IMG/VR virus record: IMGVR_UViG_3300047496_000262
Location: 15,849-79,848 of that record
Length of the DNA: 64,000 nucleotides
Reading direction: 5' to 3' (one strand)
Source: a virus
Below the pieces are notes generated by a model that did not search any database, was not told the DNA's origin, and saw only the letters and a program-made list of their open reading frames with translations. Each line of letters starts with the position of its first letter. Position 1 is the first letter of the stretch. The translations under genes were made by a program, and so were the position numbers. Shown one piece after another: positions 26,804 through 35,908 of this stretch.

Positions 26804-27529
26804 ATGACCCAGCAATCCATCACCAATTATCAGACAGCCCCGGTCATCGTCCCGTTTGCCCAGCAATCGAAGCTGCTGGATCGCGTCTCCACGGTCCCTT
26901 ACGAGGGCATCTGGACGCCGATGATGTTTCCCAAGACCGTCGCCATCGAATGCGTGGGCTCGTGGTCGACCGTCAACGTCAATCTTGTGGTCAGTTGCGC
27001 GCTGGAGATCCCGAACAACACCGTGACGGTCACCGTCGGCGGCACCATCCATACCGGCGACAATCTGAACGTCACCTTCGGCAACGCCCTGCTGACCAAT
27101 GCGACGCAGACCATCACCTATGTGGTGCAGGCGGGCGATACGATCACCACCGCGGCGGCGGCGCTGGCCGCCCTGATCTCGGTCCATCCCAATCTGGCGC
27201 AGTGCGGCTATCAGGCGACCTCGGTGGCCGGTGCGATCAGCATCACCTTCCCGTCCAACGCCACCAACCTGCCGAACAACGCCAATTATCTGGGATCTCC
27301 CCTGACCCCGCCCGCCAACAACACCCAGTTCAGCATCTCGGTCACCGGCACCGGCGCCACCACCACGCTGACCTATGCCAACGGCACCGACGGGACGCCG
27401 ATCACGCCGTCGCTGACCAGTAACACGACCCAGAACATTCAGGCGGCCTATCGCTACATCAAGGCGCGGCTGACCACGCTGACCGGGTCAAACGCCTATG
27501 TCGATGTCAACCTGGCCGGCAACGGCTAA
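26804..27529 (+). CDS. Thr-rich putative virion protein
   Basis: Contains the TVGGT..GD.L.VTF...Y.V..GDT.TT.AAALAA.I module shared with other structural genes. Confidence 0.7.
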   Translation: MTQQSITNYQTAPVIVPFAQQSKLLDRVSTVPYEGIWTPMMFPKTVAIECVGSWSTVNVNLVVSCALEIPNNTVTVTVGGTIHTGDNLNVTFGNALLTNATQTITYVVQAGDTITTAAAALAALISVHPNLAQCGYQATSVAGAISITFPSNATNLPNNANYLGSPLTPPANNTQFSISVTGTGATTTLTYANGTDGTPITPSLTSNTTQNIQAAYRYIKARLTTLTGSNAYVDVNLAGNG

Positions 27530-27547
27530 CCACGAAGGAGATCAGCG

Positions 27548-28315
27548 TTGCCTTATTCACCGAAATTCGGGCGCGGCCTGTGGCGGCCCTCGCTGATGGC
27601 GCTGACCGCCGAGGGCGATCCGCCGGCACCGGCCGGCGGCACCCCGGCCCCGCAGCGCGTGATCATCGAACACCAGCATGCCGCCCCGCCGACGCCGCCC
27701 GCGCCACCCGCCCCCGCGGCACCGCCCGCCCAGCCTGCGCACACCAAGAGCATCAGCGATTACGAGCGCGATATCGCCGATGCCCGTGCCGATGCCGCGG
27801 CCAACCGGATTTCGGCCCGGAATGCGACCGAACAGGTGCAGGCGGCGCAGGCCCAGATTGAGCAGATCCGCCAGGAAACCGACCGCCGGATCGCCGAGGC
27901 CACGACGCCGCTGACCCAGCGGCAGACCAAGTTGCTGGAACGCCTGTCGATGACCGAGCTAAAGGCCGAAGCGGCCAAGGCCGGGCTCGTCGACATGGAC
28001 CTGTTGCCACTGATCGACCGGTCCAAGATCAGCGTTACCGATGACGGCGAGGTGACCGGCGTGGCCGAGGCGGTGGCCCAGTTCAAGCAGTCGAAACCCA
28101 GCTATTTTCAGGCCGCCACCACCGGCCAGCCCGCGCCGGCTTCGCCGCCCGCGCCCCAGCCGCTTCCCCGGGCCACGGGCGCTACCACGCCACCGCCCAA
28201 TCCCACCCAAACCCCGCCCAGCACCGATGTCAGGGGCATGAACCGGGCCGATTACGCCGCCTTTAAGCGCCAGGAGATCCAGCGCCTGACCGGCGTAACC
28301 ACCGCACGGCGATAA
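27548..28315 (+). CDS. capsid scaffolding protein
   Basis: Pro-rich ends, central coiled coil, ELKAEAAKAGLVDMD and KPSYF; precedes the major capsid gene. Confidence 0.8.
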   Translation: MPYSPKFGRGLWRPSLMALTAEGDPPAPAGGTPAPQRVIIEHQHAAPPTPPAPPAPAAPPAQPAHTKSISDYERDIADARADAAANRISARNATEQVQAAQAQIEQIRQETDRRIAEATTPLTQRQTKLLERLSMTELKAEAAKAGLVDMDLLPLIDRSKISVTDDGEVTGVAEAVAQFKQSKPSYFQAATTGQPAPASPPAPQPLPRATGATTPPPNPTQTPPSTDVRGMNRADYAAFKRQEIQRLTGVTTARR

Positions 28316-28431
28316 ATGTAACGGTATTACACATAAATCGGGAACAAGCGGCACTACGATCTGGTTGAAGTTCAAGAAGTTGTAGTTGCCGCCATCCCTG
28401 GAAGATGTTAATCCCCGAAATAAGAGCCGCT

Positions 28432-28645
28432 ATCAGGGACAGGTGCCCGCAGGCGGACGGTCAGGTACCCGACGTTCGATAAGGCCATAGAAGCCCAAGT
28501 TCGAGCCCCGGCGCTTCCCGGGTTACCATACAGCCTCTGAGGTAGAGCCTCCGAGTCCCGGCGCCCGCGTTTCCGCGAGGCGAGCCCGTCCGGGATGGGC
28601 CAGGAGCCCGAAAGCCGAGATGCGCCAAAAAGGCGTGTCCTTGAT
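28432..28645 (+). ncRNA. candidate structured RNA in the major-capsid leader
   Basis: Closing stem ATCAGGGACA/TGTCCTTGAT encloses at least five hairpins in a 350-nt intergenic gap. Confidence 0.55.
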
Positions 28646-28668
28646 CGTCTTTCTCGGAGATAGCTTCC

Positions 28669-30039
28669 ATGGGCTCGTTTACCAATTTCCCGACCGCGCT
28701 CGTTCCGATCCTCCAGACCGGCTTTCTGGAGCGCGAGTTTGAAGAGGGGCTGGATTCAGTCCTGGCCTATCGCCGCGAGAACCTGGAAGAGACGGTGCCG
28801 GTCCGCATCGGCGAGACCATCACCCGCACCAGGACGGGCCGCAAGACCCCGATCTCCACCGCTATCACCCCGGCCAATAACACCGGCCTGGATAACGGCC
28901 TGACCTCCACCGACGCCGCGGTCGAGCAGTACAGCTTCACCATGCAGCAGTACGCCGACACGACCGACGTGTCGCTGATGGATGATCTGGCCGGCATCGC
29001 CAACAACATCATCCGCGTCGCCCGCAATAACGGCGTCCAGGCCGCCCAGTCGCTGGAGCGCATCACCCGCAAAAAGCTGTTTTCCGCGTATCTAGGTGGC
29101 AACAGCCGGGTGCGCACCGATCTGGGGGCTTCGACCACGACCTCCTGCCATGTCGACGATGTCCGCGGGTTTCAGACGGTTCTGGTCAACGGCGTGGTCA
29201 CCGCTGTCAGCGGCACCAATACCCTGACCGTGACCGAAACCAATGTCGGCGGCGCCGGTGTAAACCAGAACCTGACGGTGACCGGGTTTACCATCGACGG
29301 CACCAATTCATCGTCCTGCCCCGATGGCGTGTCCGGCACCATCACCTTCACCACGGCCACCGCCCCGGTGAACGGCGATTCGCTGATCGCGCTGAACGCC
29401 GCGCAGATCATGCGCCCGTTCTCCCACGTCACCACGGCACAGATGACCGGTCAGGACGTACTGACCCTGGGTCTGGTCGAGGATGCGCTGGCACGGTTGC
29501 GCGATAACGCGGTGCCGCCGATGGATGACGGCACGTTCCATATCATCCTGGACAACACCTCGATGCGGCAGCTTTGGGCCGATCAGGATTTCAAGATCCT
29601 GTATGCCGGCCGCAAGGATGCCAGCGAATACCGCGACGGCGATGTCATCATGCTGTTGGGCATGACCTTCATTCCGACGACGGAAGCCTATGTCCAGGTT
29701 GCCAATTCGTCCGCCGCCACCGGCTATTCGGCCAATAACGTCCGCGTGCGCCGACCGATCGTGCTGGGCGCGGAAGCCACCATCCAAGGCAATTTCGAGG
29801 GGCTGGAGCATTTCCTGGCCCGCGAAGGGGTGAACGCGATCGGCGAGGTCTTCATCGCCAACAACATCGCCCATATCATCCGCCCGCCGCTGGATCGGTT
29901 GCAGCAGACCCTGTCGCAGACCTGGGACTGGGTCGGCGATATCGCGGTACCGACTGACACCACAGCGACCACAAACGTGATTCCCACCGCTACGAACGCC
30001 CTCTACAAGCGCGCGATCATCCTGGAGACGGCTGGTTAA
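28669..30039 (+). CDS. major capsid protein
   Basis: 456 aa after the scaffold gene; LEREF...L, IGETITRTR.G, QAAQSL, LRDNAVP, RPPLDRLQQ; Thr-rich insertion. Confidence 0.85.
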   Translation: MGSFTNFPTALVPILQTGFLEREFEEGLDSVLAYRRENLEETVPVRIGETITRTRTGRKTPISTAITPANNTGLDNGLTSTDAAVEQYSFTMQQYADTTDVSLMDDLAGIANNIIRVARNNGVQAAQSLERITRKKLFSAYLGGNSRVRTDLGASTTTSCHVDDVRGFQTVLVNGVVTAVSGTNTLTVTETNVGGAGVNQNLTVTGFTIDGTNSSSCPDGVSGTITFTTATAPVNGDSLIALNAAQIMRPFSHVTTAQMTGQDVLTLGLVEDALARLRDNAVPPMDDGTFHIILDNTSMRQLWADQDFKILYAGRKDASEYRDGDVIMLLGMTFIPTTEAYVQVANSSAATGYSANNVRVRRPIVLGAEATIQGNFEGLEHFLAREGVNAIGEVFIANNIAHIIRPPLDRLQQTLSQTWDWVGDIAVPTDTTATTNVIPTATNALYKRAIILETAG

Positions 30040-30101
30040 GCCCGTTTTGTAACAGAGCCGATATCAGCGGCAGGACCGTCTTACACCGAAGGAGATCCAT
30101 C

Positions 30102-30344
30102 ATGGCGATGAAGCCCCCGTCGAAGAATATCGCGACCAGCCTGAAGTCGCAGCGCAACTCCGGCGGCCGTGGCCCGCAGAAGGTGATGGTCGGCACGCTG
30201 AATTACAGCGAGCCGGCGATGACGGTGCCGGGCGAAGGCATGACATCAAGCCCGGTTGGCGCCGACCGCGTCCGCCGCCCGCAGGACACCGCCGCCGTAT
30301 TCGCGGTGCCCAACAGCATGAAAATGGGCGGCCGGTCCGAATAA
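30102..30344 (+). CDS. small basic hypothetical protein
   Basis: GAAGGAG RBS, 80 aa. Confidence 0.6.
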   Translation: MAMKPPSKNIATSLKSQRNSGGRGPQKVMVGTLNYSEPAMTVPGEGMTSSPVGADRVRRPQDTAAVFAVPNSMKMGGRSE

Positions 30345-30368
30345 GACCGCGCCTCAAGGGCTATCGTC

Positions 30369-30572
30369 ATGGCGATCACCAAGTCCAACCCGACGACCAA
30401 AACCGTGGCGATTGAAAACGGCACGATGAAGGACGCGCGGGTTCTGGACTGGGATAAATTCGCGGGCTTCGACCAAGGCATGTCGCGGATCCAGAAGCGC
30501 TATGACATGGGTCAGAAGAAGACGCCGACCGGGCCGGGCACGCTGAAGCCGTCCCGGGGCAAGCGGAGGTAA
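30369..30572 (+). CDS. small basic hypothetical protein
   Basis: 67-aa packed ORF. Confidence 0.55.
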   Translation: MAITKSNPTTKTVAIENGTMKDARVLDWDKFAGFDQGMSRIQKRYDMGQKKTPTGPGTLKPSRGKRR

Positions 30573-30578
30573 CAAGGC

Positions 30579-31811
30579 ATGTCGCTGATTATCGCACTCC
30601 AGGGCACGCCCGGTGTCTTTGACCCGCGCAACCCCACGCTGGTGCCGAATACCGACGTGCCGGTGTTTACCGGGGCCTCGCTGGACCATGAGTCGCCGGC
30701 GGTATTCCTGACCAATAACCCGCGCGTGGCCGCGACCGGCACGGCCACCATCGGCGGCACTGTCACCACCAACGACGAGTTGACCATCGAGGTCACCAAC
30801 ACGGTGTTCGGTTCGGCCAACCCGCTGGTCGCGACCTACAAGACGGTGGGCGGCGACACGACATCGACCATTGCCACGGCCATCGCCAATCTGTTCAACG
30901 GCAACCAGACCTTTGTGCAGTACGGGCTGGAATGCTCGGTCGCGGCCAACGTCATCACCTTTAATCACGGCGGCCCGGTCGGCAATTTCACCACCCTGTC
31001 GCTGGTGAGCGAGCCGGATTCGATCACCATCACCGGTACGGCCACCGCCAACGACGTGATGTACGCCAATTTCACCGGCCCTTATGCGCCGGGCGGCGTG
31101 CTGGTCAGCCAGTCGGTGACCGGCGGCTGGACCACGACCCAGATGGCGACCGCACTGGCCGCGGCGATCACCGCGAATGCGACCCTGAGCGCCGCCGGCA
31201 TCACCGCAACCGCCGCCACCAACGTGGTCACTCTGACCGTGCCCGTGTCGCAGGAGCCAACCGTCGTCACCTCGTATGCGCTGCCGGCGACCGAGACCGC
31301 GACGATCACCGGTACCGTGGCGCAGGGCGACGTTCTGACCCTGACCTTTACCAACAGCAACCTGACTGGTTCGCCGGTCACGGTCAGCTATACCGCCCCC
31401 CTGGCCGCGACCACCACGACGCTGGCGACCGGACTGGCGGCGGCGATCAACGCCAACACCAATCTGGTGGCGTTCGGGCTATCGGCGACCTCGACCACGA
31501 ATGTCGTCACCATCGCATTTCCGAACACCAAAGGCGCCATCACCTTTGCCCAGTCGGTCACCACCGGATCGGAAACGATCACGCTTTCCGGCAACGCGAC
31601 CGAGGTGTTGACCTTTGGCACCAAGGCGACGGAGACGGTGACGTTTTCCAACAGCGGGACCTTGACCGGCGGTTCCGGCCCGGTGGTGGCGATCAACAAT
31701 TTCACCTTCACCTACAACAACAACACCATGGCCTTCTTCTACGGGCGCCCCTACACGCTGGGCTATAATCTGGTCCAGGCGCTGGTGTCCGGCGGCATGG
31801 CGATCGTTTGA
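30579..31811 (+). CDS. Thr-rich virion protein with three tandem ~95-aa modules
   Basis: Three copies of ATI(G/T)GT...(N/G)D.L...Y....TTT..AT.LAAAI.AN..L...G..A....NVVT. Confidence 0.75.
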   Translation: MSLIIALQGTPGVFDPRNPTLVPNTDVPVFTGASLDHESPAVFLTNNPRVAATGTATIGGTVTTNDELTIEVTNTVFGSANPLVATYKTVGGDTTSTIATAIANLFNGNQTFVQYGLECSVAANVITFNHGGPVGNFTTLSLVSEPDSITITGTATANDVMYANFTGPYAPGGVLVSQSVTGGWTTTQMATALAAAITANATLSAAGITATAATNVVTLTVPVSQEPTVVTSYALPATETATITGTVAQGDVLTLTFTNSNLTGSPVTVSYTAPLAATTTTLATGLAAAINANTNLVAFGLSATSTTNVVTIAFPNTKGAITFAQSVTTGSETITLSGNATEVLTFGTKATETVTFSNSGTLTGGSGPVVAINNFTFTYNNNTMAFFYGRPYTLGYNLVQALVSGGMAIV

Positions 31812-31854
31812 GCGTGGCCGGCGCTTCCGGGCGCTTGCCGGATTGGAGTGATCG

Positions 31855-32481
31855 GTGGCGGTAAACCCGGTTGTCGTTAAGCAAACCGAAGGCGCGCCTG
31901 GATTTTACAAGCCCTGCGCCCGCTGTAACGCCCCGGTTCATATCCGCCGCAAGATCTGCCAGACCTGTGGGTTCGACCGCCCCCGCGACAAGACCTATGA
32001 GGCCCCGGACCCCGCACCGCCGGAATGGACCGATGCAAAACCGGTCCCCTTTGAGGAGCCCATCCCGTACCTGCCAGGAGATCCCCTGCCGATGTCGACC
32101 ACGATTGAAACCAGAGAGAGCGAAGCGCCGCGCCGCAGCTTTGGCAATATGGCCGCACCCCGAGCCGAGCCACAGACCCCGGTCGAGAACATCGTGCCGG
32201 CCAATGTGGTGCCAGCCAATGTCGTGCCGGTCCGGACGATGGCAGGACCTGGCCGGCCGCCCCGATCCCTGCCGCCCAATCCGCATCACATGGTGTTCGT
32301 CAAGGATTTCACCGGATCCCTGCCGTCGGGTGTCACCGTCGTCGCCAAGCGCGGCCGGACGATTTCCGACCCGCTGACCATTCAGGGCCTGTTGGCGATT
32401 CAGGCCCCGATCGCGCCCGCGGGAGATCTGGGCAAGTTCCATGTCTGCCCGCATTGCGGCACCGTCAGCCATCTGGATTGA
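31855..32481 (+). CDS. Pro-rich protein with zinc-ribbon motifs
   Basis: CARC..CQTC at the N-terminus and CPHC at the C-terminus. Confidence 0.65.
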   Translation: MAVNPVVVKQTEGAPGFYKPCARCNAPVHIRRKICQTCGFDRPRDKTYEAPDPAPPEWTDAKPVPFEEPIPYLPGDPLPMSTTIETRESEAPRRSFGNMAAPRAEPQTPVENIVPANVVPANVVPVRTMAGPGRPPRSLPPNPHHMVFVKDFTGSLPSGVTVVAKRGRTISDPLTIQGLLAIQAPIAPAGDLGKFHVCPHCGTVSHLD

Positions 32482-32502
32482 AAGCAGAAGGAGCAACGCA
32501 TC

Positions 32503-32739
32503 ATGGCGACTAGGAAGGGACGCCCCACGGTGTCGGCCGCACCTGTTGCAGCGGCGCCGTCAAAGGCCAAGACCACGGGCGGTGCCGCGGGTGCTGGATT
32601 TCTGACGCCCACCCCGTCGATCACGGTCAGCGTGAGAAAGATAGCCAACGGCTTCGTCGCCTCGCGTTCTGGCATGGATGGCGAGAAGTATGTCAACCAG
32701 GAGCGTTTCTTCCCGGAAATGCCGAAGGCCGGCAAGTAG
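32503..32739 (+). CDS. small hypothetical protein
   Basis: GAAGGAG RBS, 78 aa. Confidence 0.6.
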   Translation: MATRKGRPTVSAAPVAAAPSKAKTTGGAAGAGFLTPTPSITVSVRKIANGFVASRSGMDGEKYVNQERFFPEMPKAGK

Positions 32740-32753
32740 ACCGGTGATACGCA

Positions 32754-33569
32754 ATGCTGACCCTGGCCGATCGGAGCAATTGTAGGCGCCACCTGGATTA
32801 CCCGGTGATCGGCCTGCCCGTCACCTCGCCCATCGGCGGCACGCTGGGGCCGGGCACCTCGGGATATCGGTTTTTCGAGGCGTTCGGGTTCCTTGAATAC
32901 CGCATGTCAAATTTGGACGTGGACGAAGAAGCCCGGGTGACCGGCAAGGCCTATGGCGCGGTGGCGCTGGTGGGCTTGCAACCCAATCTGGGCGACACCC
33001 TGTCGGTCACGTTCAGCGGCGGCAACCTGACCTCGCCGGTGACGGTCACCGTTACCGCCCTGGCCCCGGTCGCCAATATGGACAACCGGCTGACCATCCT
33101 GGCGCAGATGGCGCAGGCGGTGACACAGAATGCGACGCTGGCCGCCGCCCAGATCACCGCGGTATCGCCCTGGGGCAGCGGCCCCTGGCAACTGGCCGCG
33201 GTGCCGCTGGCCGAGATGGGCGTGCTGAGCCCGGTCGCCTTTACCATCACCGCCACCGGCACCGGCAATATCGCCCCCCAGGTGACCGCCCAGCCGCAGA
33301 CCCTGGGCCCGGCCGCCTCGCTGAATGGCACCACCATGATCTATGGGTACCTGAATATCCTGGACGGGTTGGAAGGCGCCCATGCCGGTTCCAGCCAGAA
33401 CCTGGACACCAAGCAGGCCGCCGTCTGGTACAGCCGGGCCAACGAGATCGGCCTGCGCATGAGCCTGTACCGCCAGTGGCAGGGCATGTTCAGCGATTTC
33501 ATGGGCGTGCCGATCAACGTGTTCCGCCGCCAAAAGGCCCATCGGCACGGCGCCATCCGGTACGCCTGA
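32754..33569 (+). CDS. head-tail connector/adaptor with an inserted module
   Basis: CRRHLDYP...LEYRMSNL..EE and NLDTKQAAVW...NE...R..LY..W flank a Thr-rich insertion. Confidence 0.7.
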   Translation: MLTLADRSNCRRHLDYPVIGLPVTSPIGGTLGPGTSGYRFFEAFGFLEYRMSNLDVDEEARVTGKAYGAVALVGLQPNLGDTLSVTFSGGNLTSPVTVTVTALAPVANMDNRLTILAQMAQAVTQNATLAAAQITAVSPWGSGPWQLAAVPLAEMGVLSPVAFTITATGTGNIAPQVTAQPQTLGPAASLNGTTMIYGYLNILDGLEGAHAGSSQNLDTKQAAVWYSRANEIGLRMSLYRQWQGMFSDFMGVPINVFRRQKAHRHGAIRYA

Positions 33570-33570
33570 T

Positions 33571-33786
33571 ATGGCGATGCTGCAACTGGACCCGATGATC
33601 CCGGTCGACACGGCCGGCGGGCCGGGGCAGGCGTTTCTGGTGATCGACTATAGCCAGGAGCATTTTGTGCTGTTCGGCGTGGCGCTGGACCGGCCGTGGA
33701 AAACCGCGTGTTGCGGCGAGGTTTGGTTCTTTCCCAACAGCGAGGTCCGGTTTCAGGCCAACCGGTCGATGGGGCGGACCCCATGA
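33571..33786 (+). CDS. small conserved phage protein
   Basis: QLDP.IPV.T..G.G.A..VIDYSQEH..LF.V....GEVW...NSEVR.Q.N.SMGR. Confidence 0.65.
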   Translation: MAMLQLDPMIPVDTAGGPGQAFLVIDYSQEHFVLFGVALDRPWKTACCGEVWFFPNSEVRFQANRSMGRTP

Positions 33787-34436
33787 CCACCTATGGCCTG
33801 ATCGCGCAGAAGATCTGGACCGGCTATGCCAAGGCGGCGCAACGCCTGGGGCCGATTTTCACGATCTATCGCCCGAACTCGGCCACACAGCCGCTTCAGC
33901 CGTCCAGCGTGATCGCCACCTTGCCGGCGTCGTTTTCGGTTGATCCCAAATTCGTCCGCCCGCAGGATTACGGCAATGCCAGATGGACCTGTCTGGTGGA
34001 CGGCAACATCACGCGGCCCGGCGATTATCTGTCGGGGAGCGAGGGCACCTGGTTCATCGCCCAGCAGCACATCATGCTGCCGATCTCGGCCGTGCTGTGC
34101 AACCGGACCGCCGATCTGCACCGCGCGGCGCAACAGACCGGCACCGGAATCAACGGCTATGGCGGCAACACCTATGCGACCGAGCAGATCCTGTTGCAGG
34201 GCTGGCCGATGTCGATCCTGAAAGCGCCCTATGGCGCGCCGACCGAACTGAAACTGCCGGGCGACACGGTCGAGCCGAAATGGAACATCCTGGTGCCGCT
34301 GCTGAACCCGGTGTTCGGCGTGACCTTTCAGACCCGCGATATCGTTGAGGACGATCTGAGCCGCCGGTTTTTCGTGGAACTGGCCGAGTTGACCGAACTG
34401 GGCTGGCGCGTGTCGGCCCGTCAGGTGATGACCTGA
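33783..34436 (+). CDS. head-closure/neck protein
   Basis: GYAKAA.RLG, PGDYL, FIAQ...LP..AV.CN and AELTELGWR; position in the neck module. Confidence 0.7.
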   Translation: MTTYGLIAQKIWTGYAKAAQRLGPIFTIYRPNSATQPLQPSSVIATLPASFSVDPKFVRPQDYGNARWTCLVDGNITRPGDYLSGSEGTWFIAQQHIMLPISAVLCNRTADLHRAAQQTGTGINGYGGNTYATEQILLQGWPMSILKAPYGAPTELKLPGDTVEPKWNILVPLLNPVFGVTFQTRDIVEDDLSRRFFVELAELTELGWRVSARQVMT

Positions 34437-34437
34437 G

Positions 34438-35313
34438 ATGGCCGATATTTCCGATGTCTATGCGGCGTTCTGCACGGCGATTCTGGCGGTGCTGTACCCA
34501 TCCGGGGCACCGCAGCCCGGGATCGCCTCGCCGGTCACCGGCAGTGTGTGCCGGATCTACCCCGGCTGGCCCGCGGGCTATGAACTGGACGCCGATTTGC
34601 TGGCCGGCACGGTCAATGTGTCGGTGTTTTCGCCGCAAGGCGGGTTTCACAACACCACCCGGTTCCCCCGGTCCTGGATCACCACCGGATCGGCCCCAAC
34701 CACGCTCAGCGCCGCGGTTTCCGGCACCACCGTCACGTTTTCCGGCACCATGCCGTCGGCCGACGTGCAGAACGTGGCCGTCATCGTCGATAACGTGCCC
34801 TATGTCTATCAGACGGGGCAGTACGACACGCTGGCAACGGTGGCAGCCGGTTTGGCGACCGCGATCTCGGCCAACCGGACGGCAACAGCCAATGGCGCGG
34901 TGCTGACCATCCCCAACTCGCATCTGATCGTGGCGCGCATCGGCGGGGTGCAGACGGGCATTCTGCCAGTGCAGCAGGTTACCCGGAATTTCCAGGTCCA
35001 TTTTTTCTGCAACAGCCCGGCGCAGCGCGATCTGGCCTCGGCCCCGGTGGTTTCGGCCCTGGCTTCGTCGATTTTCCTTAGCCTGAACGACGGCACCGGG
35101 GCCCGAATCATCCTGACCAACGATATCGTGCTGGATGTGGCGCAAAAACCGCTGTGCTATCGGCGGATCCTGGGCTTCTCGGTTGAGTTTTCCATCACTC
35201 AGGCGAGCACTTTCCCGCAAGCTGTGGTATTGAGTACGTCGGTACAGGGTGGTCAAGGTACCATAGGCAGTTTCACGGCGTCCGAACCGCCGATCGTGGT
35301 TTGGGAATCATGA
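34438..35313 (+). CDS. tail terminator/completion protein
   Basis: MADISDV, RIYPGWP....LDADL..G...VSVF; last large gene before the sheath. Confidence 0.65.
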   Translation: MADISDVYAAFCTAILAVLYPSGAPQPGIASPVTGSVCRIYPGWPAGYELDADLLAGTVNVSVFSPQGGFHNTTRFPRSWITTGSAPTTLSAAVSGTTVTFSGTMPSADVQNVAVIVDNVPYVYQTGQYDTLATVAAGLATAISANRTATANGAVLTIPNSHLIVARIGGVQTGILPVQQVTRNFQVHFFCNSPAQRDLASAPVVSALASSIFLSLNDGTGARIILTNDIVLDVAQKPLCYRRILGFSVEFSITQASTFPQAVVLSTSVQGGQGTIGSFTASEPPIVVWES

Positions 35314-35329
35314 GGGAGCGCTTGGCGAC

Positions 35330-35542
35330 ATGGCGCATCATTTGACGGTCCAGGCGATGTTCGAGTTCGAGGGCATCCGGTTCGAGCGCGGCGACCGCAT
35401 CGACGAACCGGCGCTGGTCGAAGCGGTCCAGAAATCCCATCCGGGCCATGTGACCCGCGTGCATGCGCGCGGCCTGATCGTGGATGAGCCGACACCGGTG
35501 GTCGATGTTCAGCCCATACCGGATGAGCCCGTAGATCAGTGA
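35330..35542 (+). CDS. small hypothetical (pre-sheath) protein
   Basis: HLTV...F....RGD.I.E, in the usual position before a sheath gene. Confidence 0.55.
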   Translation: MAHHLTVQAMFEFEGIRFERGDRIDEPALVEAVQKSHPGHVTRVHARGLIVDEPTPVVDVQPIPDEPVDQ

Positions 35543-35623
35543 TTTGACAGTACACGGACCCGGACGGTGTGAGCGCACCGACCGGGTCCTGACCAACGAT
35601 AACCCTGGATTGGACAGGATCAC

Positions 35624-35881
35624 ATGGCTGATGAGCATGATACCAAGCGTTGTGGGCGTTGTAACGAGGAGAAGCCGGTTGATGAGTTTCCTGGCGACAA
35701 GCGGCGGATTGATGGGCGCTATCCATGGTGCAAGCCATGCTGTTGCGACTATCAGCGCGTCTTGCGAATTGCCAGAAACGCCAAGAGATCAAATTTGCAG
35801 GTCACTTGTGTATCCTGTAACAGGAAGAAACAGGCCCAAGACCCGATTGTTTTTGCCAATTCGATTGGGCTTCTTATTTAA
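35624..35881 (+). pseudogene. internally deleted HNH endonuclease
   Basis: N-terminal KRCGRCNEEKP..EF..D....GR..WCKPC fused directly to the C-terminal SNLQVTC.SCN.KK; the catalytic DH segment is missing; lower GC. Confidence 0.7.
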
Positions 35882-35908
35882 CAGCACTTGTGTGCTGGGA
35901 GGTGCTCT

